Of a stretch of DNA of 32,000 nt, positions 26,864 to 32,000 are shown one piece after another. Source of the stretch: Edaphobacter aggregans (lineage in GTDB: Bacteria > Acidobacteriota > Terriglobia > Terriglobales > Acidobacteriaceae); contig NZ_RSDW01000001.1 of NCBI RefSeq assembly GCF_003945235.1, positions 5,220,001 through 5,252,000 of the forward strand, written 5' to 3'. Numbering within the stretch: the stretch's first letter is position 1; each line of letters opens with the position of its first letter. The notes under the pieces were generated by a model. The model saw nothing but the letters and a program-made list of their open reading frames with translations. It had not been told where the DNA came from and did no database searches. A program made the translations under genes and the position numbers.

Positions 26864-27213
26864 AGTGCTCCTTCTCTTTGATGACTCTAGGGCTAGCAGT
26901 CGCCTGTCTGATCACTGCATGCAAGCGAACGCCACCTCCACCGACGGAACAGGACGCCAGCTTGGTCTGGCAAAACACTCATGCGAAGCCTCGTTTGGAG
27001 GACTTGATTAGCCTCACGAAAACTAACGGCCAGATGGAAGAGGTCAACGGTGTAAAGGTGTATACGCTCTATTACGAGGCTAAAGAGAAGAGCCTGGTAC
27101 AGCTCGGAAATCGACCTCCCGGGACAATCAAGACTTATCAGAGTAACTATCCATTCCATTGGACCGAAAAGGGCTGGGTGGGACCGGATCAAAAACTCTA
27201 TCCCGAGCACTAG
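26860..27213 (+). CDS. lipoprotein, unknown function
   Basis: MKCSFSLMTLGLAVACLITAC with lipobox LITAC, followed by a Pro-rich linker (KRTPPPP). Confidence 0.65.
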   Translation: MKCSFSLMTLGLAVACLITACKRTPPPPTEQDASLVWQNTHAKPRLEDLISLTKTNGQMEEVNGVKVYTLYYEAKEKSLVQLGNRPPGTIKTYQSNYPFHWTEKGWVGPDQKLYPEH

Positions 27214-27250
27214 ACCCCGGCCTAAGCTTCAGTCCGTTTGACTGAATAGC

Positions 27251-27301
27251 GGGTCCGTCCTACGCTCTCCCCACCTGAGAGCGAGCCGGGAGGACGGACC
27301 C
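27251..27301 (+). promoter_or_regulatory. 11-bp-stem nested stem-loop abutting the AAA+ gene start
   Basis: GGGTCCGTCCT (27251-27261) pairs with AGGACGGACCC (27291-27301). Inner hairpin GCTCTC (27264-27269) / GAGAGC (27277-27282). The only SD-like AGGA (27291-27294) lies in the 3' arm, and the ATG is at 27303. Confidence 0.6.
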
Positions 27302-27302
27302 G

Positions 27303-28259
27303 ATGTATGCATCCCCAGATGAGACCCTCGTTGCGTTAGAGCGGGAGGGTTATTTCACTGATCTGAAAACTGCCACGACGGTTTACCTCGCGGGTCGGTT
27401 GCATCGCCCCGTCCTGCTCGAAGGCCCCGCCGGCGCCGGCAAGACGGAACTAGCTGCGTCGGTCGCGCGCTCTTATCGGGTCCCCTTGCTGCGATTGCAG
27501 TGCTACCAAGGCATCAACGAAGAAAAAGCCATCGGGCAATACGACAAGAGCCTTCAGGAACTCTATGTGCTCCTGACGAGCAAGAGCGACCGAGCCCCTG
27601 ATTGGACGGAAATCAAACGCGAGGTGACAAGCCGCGCGTATTTCATCGCGGGCCCATTGCTCGAAGCAATCGAGCAGAACCAACGCTGTGTCCTGCTGAT
27701 CGATGAGATAGACAAGGTCGATTATGCGTTTGAAGCGATGCTCCTGGAGCTACTTTCAGTTTGGACCCTCTCCATTCCGAAGATGGGCACCGTTCACGCA
27801 ACGTCGATACCACATGTCTTTCTGACGTCGAATCAGGAACGACGTTTAGGCGACCCCCTTCGCCGCCGCAGTTTCTATCTCGTGGTTGAGCACCCGACTG
27901 CGGAACGGGAAGCGGCGATCGTGGCCAGGCGCACCCCCGACGCCGACGAAAAGACACACCGCTTCATTGCGGGGCTCGCAAAAAGCCTGCGTGCCTACAC
28001 GATGGAGAAGCCACCGTCTATCTCCGAGATGAACGACGTGGCCCTGGCCATGCAGCTACTCGGAATCGAGCAGATCAGGCCCGAACACAAGGACATCATG
28101 CTGCCCCTGATCGCGAAGACAGAAGGAGATCGAAAGCGCCTGCTGATGAGACAGGCGTTCGAATCGATCGTGCGTATCGCCGGAAGGTATGCGTCAGAGG
28201 TATCCCCAGAAGAAGTGACCGATATCGCAGCAATCTTCGCAGAGAAGGCGGAGGCATGA
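27303..28259 (+). CDS. MoxR-like AAA+ ATPase
   Basis: Walker A LLEGPAGAGKTELA, Walker B VLLIDEIDKVDYAFEAMLLELLS, LTSNQ sensor-like segment, and the LLRLQCYQGINEEKAIGQYD pattern typical of the MoxR/AAA_3-AAA_5 group. It does not have VirB11/PilT-type motifs. Confidence 0.8.
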   Translation: MYASPDETLVALEREGYFTDLKTATTVYLAGRLHRPVLLEGPAGAGKTELAASVARSYRVPLLRLQCYQGINEEKAIGQYDKSLQELYVLLTSKSDRAPDWTEIKREVTSRAYFIAGPLLEAIEQNQRCVLLIDEIDKVDYAFEAMLLELLSVWTLSIPKMGTVHATSIPHVFLTSNQERRLGDPLRRRSFYLVVEHPTAEREAAIVARRTPDADEKTHRFIAGLAKSLRAYTMEKPPSISEMNDVALAMQLLGIEQIRPEHKDIMLPLIAKTEGDRKRLLMRQAFESIVRIAGRYASEVSPEEVTDIAAIFAEKAEA

Positions 28260-28762
28260 GAAGACTTCTAGTTCTGGCTCTTTGTGTGATGGCTCTGGCG
28301 ATTCAGTCCACGGCTGAGACGCGGCCCATGGGCAATCCTGAGTCGAAGTATTACGCGGATGCATATGCCGACCACTACGGCGTTCCACGTGCGCTCGTAC
28401 ATGCCATCATTGCCCAGGAATCGAACTGGAATCCACATGCCTTGTCGAACAAGGGTGCGGCAGGCCTGATGCAACTGATGCCGGGCACGGCGGAAATGTA
28501 TCTGGTCAGGAATCGCTTTTCGGTAACGGAAAATCTCAGCGGCGGAGTTCGGTACCTCGCCGATCTCATGACAGAGTTTCGTGGGGAGATGCGTCTGGCT
28601 GTAGCCGCATATTACTGCGGCTCAAGACATATTGCCCGGCGCGGACTGAACTATGCAAATCCCGATGTCGTGTCCTACGTCGAGGCGGTCCATCACCGAT
28701 ATCAGCTCGAGTTGCGCGAGCAAGCAGGCCGGGATAATCCAATGCCCGGGAAAGGACGATGA
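28256..28762 (+). CDS. lytic transglycosylase (SLT domain), VirB1-like
   Basis: Signal peptide MRRLLVLALCVMALAIQSTA. AIIAQESNWNPHALSNKGAAGLMQLMPGTA with the catalytic E-S motif, then AAYYCG. ATGA overlap with the AAA+ gene. Confidence 0.85.
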   Translation: MRRLLVLALCVMALAIQSTAETRPMGNPESKYYADAYADHYGVPRALVHAIIAQESNWNPHALSNKGAAGLMQLMPGTAEMYLVRNRFSVTENLSGGVRYLADLMTEFRGEMRLAVAAYYCGSRHIARRGLNYANPDVVSYVEAVHHRYQLELREQAGRDNPMPGKGR

Positions 28763-28763
28763 C

Positions 28764-29732
28764 ATGTATTCGATACGGATGATTGGTTTTATCAGCGTTC
28801 TTACGGGCGCAGTTTTGAGTCAAGCCCAGCAAATCACAAGCGTCACGACAACCCAAGCCGAGGTGAAGCCGTTAGTGACCGATTTGCCCGTCTCGACCAG
28901 TAGTGTCACTGATCTTCACCTGCGGCCGTTGTTCACAACCACCATTCGGCTACCCGAAGCGGTGACTTCGGTCGCCGTCGGAGCTCCTACGCTATTCGAG
29001 GTGGAACACTCCGACCAGGAACCACGCCTTGTATTCGTTAAACCGAGCACAAAAGAATCCGCAACGAGCAACCTAGTGATCGCGCTTCAATCAGGCCAGG
29101 AGATCAGTATGCGTTTGCTTTCCGATGGCAACGGGGGAGATGCTCCAGTCGATTTTGTCGTCAACTACCGGCCACCACAAAGCTTCCTCATCGGCTCATC
29201 GGATGCTGCTGCACATAGCGTGGAGACCGCGAGGGACGAGAGGCCAAAGATAGTTCCGGCCATCGATCAAGCACTGAAGATCCAGGCCGAGATTGCAACT
29301 CCGAGTTGGATCGGAGGCTTAGCCAAAGATGAAAGAAATCCGGATGGTAAGGCGGCTGAAAAGCCGTTGGCCGCAGCTCTTGGCGCCGTGCGAGAAAAAG
29401 GCGAGGAGATGTTGGTCGCGTACTCGGTAATGAATACGACGAATCATTGGATCGAGGTATTACCGCCACAGGTCGAGCTGAATAGTCCGAATCTCGGTGG
29501 CGACAAAAAGAAGGACAAAAAGCACGAGATTCTTGCCGAACAGATTCCGATTACAGACTACCGGCTCAATGCGCGGCGGCTGGCTCCGGGTGAACGCGCT
29601 GACGGCGCCGTCCAGTTCGCCCGGCCCGGATTCAAACAGAGCAAAGACCGGTTATTACTCCAGCTCGCAACTGCAAGCGCTGTCGATACACCCCTCCTGA
29701 TGCCGGTTCCATTTGTAGCGCCGGAAAGATAA
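28764..29732 (+). CDS. VirB9/TrbG/CagX-like T4SS outer-membrane core protein (C-terminal half atypical)
   Basis: ORF track 28653..29732; start placed at ATG 28764 (MYSIRMIGFISVLTGAVLSQAQQ signal peptide), 1 nt after the SLT stop. LHLRPLFTTTIRLPEAVTSVAVGAPTLFEVEHSDQEPRLVFVKPSTKESATSNLVIALQSGQEISMRLL follows the VirB9/TrbG N-domain pattern. Confidence 0.6.
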   Translation: MYSIRMIGFISVLTGAVLSQAQQITSVTTTQAEVKPLVTDLPVSTSSVTDLHLRPLFTTTIRLPEAVTSVAVGAPTLFEVEHSDQEPRLVFVKPSTKESATSNLVIALQSGQEISMRLLSDGNGGDAPVDFVVNYRPPQSFLIGSSDAAAHSVETARDERPKIVPAIDQALKIQAEIATPSWIGGLAKDERNPDGKAAEKPLAAALGAVREKGEEMLVAYSVMNTTNHWIEVLPPQVELNSPNLGGDKKKDKKHEILAEQIPITDYRLNARRLAPGERADGAVQFARPGFKQSKDRLLLQLATASAVDTPLLMPVPFVAPER

Positions 29733-29789
29733 TCTCCCGATTCAGCTAGTCCATAAGGTTTTCAAATACGCCACTCTAAGAGGTGACCC

Positions 29790-31079
29790 ATGGCAAAACC
29801 AGAGCATGTACCGATCGAAGAGGCAGCGGAAAAGGTAATACCGATTGCGGACCCGGAAGCTGAAACGATCGGCTTGCCGGGGGCTGTCACGAAGCGTCCG
29901 TTTGTGCTCGACAAAAAGCACGGCTCAGGAGGGGGGAACATGCCTCTCATGTTGATGGTTATTGGCGCGATCCTTGTCTTTGGCCTCGGGATGCTGGCGT
30001 TCCTCTCCTCCAAAGGAACGAGCAAAAAGAAAACCGGGGCCGAAGCTGCCAAGCCGAACCTTGGGCGAGTCGTGGGAACAGCTGCCCCGGGGGACTTGAT
30101 CCCGAGCGACAAGGTCAAACCGTCTTCGGATGACGCGAAGAGAGGAGGGACAGTCGACGCGGCCGACATCGAGAGGACGAAGGCGCCAAAGATCAATCAG
30201 ACGCAAGCCAGCAGCACACTGGGGGTTCCTAACGGCAACAAGCGGCTCAACCAGGTGGAAAAGTTTGACGAACCCGATACGACACCTAACGGGCAGTCGA
30301 AGTGGACACCGCCTCCATATTCCGGTGGCCAGAGTGAACAGCAAGTGCTGAAGAAAGAAGAGGACGCACTGAGCAAACCGTCACTCGTCTTCATAGCCCA
30401 TAACCAAGGCAACTCTGGGTTGCGATCCGGGACGCAAAGCGAACAACAACAGGTCGGCAATCTGGGCTTGTCTCCTGGATATCATGTCGCAGCGCGGTTG
30501 GAGTCCATGGCGACGACGGCGGTACATGCACCTGTGACCGCGGTGGTCGAATACAACTACGAACGGGACGGAGCAGTGCTTATTCCAGCGGGCAGCCGTG
30601 TCGTCGGCAAGATCTCGCAAGCGGACCCATCGGGTCTCGTGAACATCACGTTCTCGTCAATTGAATTTCCCGCAGGAGAGAGGGTCGCGATCGATGCCGT
30701 CGCCGCAGATATGAGCCTGCAAGCTGTTAAAGGGACCGTTACCGGAAAGCAGGCTGGCAGGAGCATGCTGGTGCGCTCGCTTGCAGGTATCGGCGAGACG
30801 GCCGCGATGATTGTTGGCGCTCCGAGCGCAAATGGCGCCGTCAGCGAGAACGATCTTCTACGAATGCGCGTAGCGGACAATATCGGGAATGCCGGTGATG
30901 AACAGATCATGCGGATGATGACAATGCAGCACATAGTGGTCAGCGTGTCTGCCGGGACCGAGATCTACGTCATCTTCGAAAAGTCGCAGCAGGCGAATGC
31001 GGCCGGCGCGGAGAAGACGGTTCACGCTCCTCATCTCGACACTACCGCGTTCGATTCGAGCGCCCCGGCACAACCGTAG
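29790..31079 (+). CDS. VirB10/TrbI-like T4SS protein
   Basis: Cytoplasmic N-terminus, single TM (MPLMLMVIGAILVFGLGMLAFL), then a low-complexity linker. The C-terminal domain PVTAVVEYNYERDGAVLIPAGSRVVGKISQ...ITFSSIEFPAGERVAIDAVAADMS...VSVSAGTEIYVIF matches the TrbI pattern. AAGAGGTG RBS. Confidence 0.8.
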   Translation: MAKPEHVPIEEAAEKVIPIADPEAETIGLPGAVTKRPFVLDKKHGSGGGNMPLMLMVIGAILVFGLGMLAFLSSKGTSKKKTGAEAAKPNLGRVVGTAAPGDLIPSDKVKPSSDDAKRGGTVDAADIERTKAPKINQTQASSTLGVPNGNKRLNQVEKFDEPDTTPNGQSKWTPPPYSGGQSEQQVLKKEEDALSKPSLVFIAHNQGNSGLRSGTQSEQQQVGNLGLSPGYHVAARLESMATTAVHAPVTAVVEYNYERDGAVLIPAGSRVVGKISQADPSGLVNITFSSIEFPAGERVAIDAVAADMSLQAVKGTVTGKQAGRSMLVRSLAGIGETAAMIVGAPSANGAVSENDLLRMRVADNIGNAGDEQIMRMMTMQHIVVSVSAGTEIYVIFEKSQQANAAGAEKTVHAPHLDTTAFDSSAPAQP

Positions 31080-31106
31080 AAAGATACGCCAGTACGTATC
31101 CATAGG

Positions 31107-31139
31107 TGCGGCCTGATCACTGGGCCGCATTGCTTTGTG
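31107..31139 (+). terminator. candidate Rho-independent terminator after the VirB10-like gene
   Basis: TGCGGCC (31107-31113) / GGCCGCA (31123-31129) with a 9-nt loop, followed by TTGCTTTGTG. Confidence 0.5.
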
Positions 31140-31210
31140 CCCCCGACTGCATTGATCCGCCCGAGCCAAGTCATAGTAAAAGCGAGCAGCACGCGCCAAA
31201 CGGTGAATGG

Positions 31211-31402
31211 AGAAAAAACGCGTACTTCACTTTTGTGACGGAAGTGAGACGACGGCTAAGGACCGGCTGCCGACCGGCCAAAGTCATAAGAGAAAAAGTG
31301 TGTACTTTACTTTTGTAATCGAGCGTGCTCCGCGAGCAGCCAATGAGCCCTGGTTCCGATAGTGCAAAAAGAGAAAAAACGTGTACTTCACTTTTATAAC
31401 GG
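31211..31402 (+). repeat. three 31-nt direct repeats spaced 80 and 81 nt (iteron/operator-like)
   Basis: R1 31211-31241 AGAAAAAACGCGTACTTCACTTTTGTGACGG. R2 31291-31321 AGAAAAAGTGTGTACTTTACTTTTGTAATCG. R3 31372-31402 AGAAAAAACGTGTACTTCACTTTTATAACGG. Confidence 0.85.
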
Positions 31403-31664
31403 CGCGCCGAAGATCTGAAGCGACAAAACAGAGGTAAGAGGGCGCGGGACGAGAGGAGGTACAGGCCAGGTAGGGATTGTGAACGGTTGGGTCGAATCCC
31501 ACGAGAGCCCCCGTCGGATTTGATCGGTTCACGCGGGGCCCAGTTGTCGTTGCATCATCCATCCATGTCTAAATTCTAGCGAAACAGAGCTTCCATTCGA
31601 TTGAGCAAAAAGTAAAGTCATGCGACTTTCCTGTTCGACGGCACCCCGTCAAGGAGGCAAGTCC

Positions 31665-32000
31665 ATGATCAAGTCGTTTATGCGAGCCGTGCGTGCCGCG
31701 CAGAAAGATCTGCAGGCGCTCATCCTCATCACCTTCATCGGAGCCGCTCTGTTAGCCCCCGCTGCCACCGTTGCTCAAAACCTCGGCACCACACCCGCCA
31801 CCGGCCAGGCAGTCCAGGGTCAGACCGCCTCACAGCCTGAAGGCGCATTTCTTAATCTCGTGAATTGGGTGTGCAACGTGATCTGCCCGGTGGGCGCTGG
31901 CGTCGCTGTTGTCGCCACTGTTTTGCAGTGGCGGAGCGGCCGCAGCTGGCTGCCATCGGCAATGACTGCAGGAGGTCTGATCTGCGTATCAGGCATCCTG
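31665..32000 (+). CDS. VirB2/TrbC-like T4SS pilin precursor (3' end beyond the window)
   Basis: Own translation from ATG 31665, with AAGGAGG 7 nt upstream: MIKSFMRAVRAAQKDLQALILITFIGAALLAPAATVAQNLGTT...FLNLVNWVCNVICPVGAGVAVVATVLQWRSGRSWLPSAMTAGGLICVSGIL. It has a long leader with an A-x-A-like site and two hydrophobic segments separated by a short basic loop, as in TrbC/VirB2. Confidence 0.65.
   Translation, partial: MIKSFMRAVRAAQKDLQALILITFIGAALLAPAATVAQNLGTTPATGQAVQGQTASQPEGAFLNLVNWVCNVICPVGAGVAVVATVLQWRSGRSWLPSAMTAGGLICVSGIL

Larger units (their letters stand above)
24409..32000. mobile_element. integrative (conjugative-type) element inserted at the tRNA-Asn 3' end; left end only, continues beyond the window
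   Basis: The tRNA 3' end is immediately followed by a tyrosine integrase, an Xis-like HTH and T4SS components. Codon usage changes from strand-locked to balanced at this boundary. No second copy of the tRNA 3' end is seen in the window. Confidence 0.75.

Noticed and set aside
27303-28259. Calling the 318-aa ATPase VirB11/TrbB because of its size and position in a T4SS operon.
   Set aside because: The Walker A/B context (GPAGAGKTE; LLIDEIDK followed by a helical LLELL segment) is AAA+/MoxR-like. The PilT/VirB11 GxxGSGKTT, Asp-box and His-box patterns are absent.
31470-31535. tRNA-like T-arm fragment (GGTTGGGTCGAATCCCACGAGAGCCCCC), possibly an att remnant or a second tRNA.
   Set aside because: The T-stem pairs only 4 bp with a 6-nt loop. 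No matching acceptor 5' strand, D-arm or anticodon arm lies upstream, and it does not match the tRNA-Asn 3' end.
31106-31562. ORFs 31106..31318 (plus strand) and 31284..31562 (minus strand) as element genes.
   Set aside because: They span the 31-nt direct repeats, so their translations repeat (e.g. KVKYT.FL). They have no RBS and sit between a terminator-like hairpin and the pilin promoter region.
24409-32000. Search for attR (a second copy of the tRNA-Asn 3' end) inside the window.
   Set aside because: No copy of TTCGAGTCCTACCTCAGGAGCCA or an obvious partial was seen by eye. The T4SS gene set is incomplete, so the element most likely continues past 32000.

Overview
High-GC bacterial chromosomal segment, probably from an Acidobacteriota (Terriglobia-like) genome. 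That origin is an inference from an acidobacterial VWFA-type secreted protein and the intergenic repeat families. Positions 1-24.3 kb hold ordinary core genes. These are a sigma-54 activator fragment, a bacilliredoxin, murB, a split molybdate transporter (modA, then a 2.7 kb insert, then modBC), thrC-thrB, trxA, a TPR membrane protein, an aldo/keto reductase, a CNNM/CorC protein coupled to a dppB-like permease, a distant inverted dppC-like permease, a yfcE-like phosphoesterase, wcaI-like/gmd/fcl fucose-EPS genes, a CAP-domain protein and several secreted hypotheticals. Five intergenic loci carry a modular hairpin and T/G-rich repeat family. At 24334 a tRNA-Asn(GTT) marks the left end of an integrative element that runs off the right edge. 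The element contains a tyrosine integrase, an Xis-like HTH protein, then a divergent operon: two small proteins, a MoxR-type AAA+ ATPase, a VirB1-like transglycosylase, a VirB9-like and a VirB10/TrbI-like protein. After that come a 585-nt repeat-rich non-coding region and a VirB2/TrbC-like pilin gene. The points most worth follow-up are the atypical T4SS module (MoxR ATPase, unusual gene order, iteron-like repeats), the strand-locked codon usage that is broken by discrete blocks, the repeat family, and small insertion or duplication scars at the mod operon and the yfcE 3' end. All calls rest on reading the sequence and ORF translations by eye; no database search was run.
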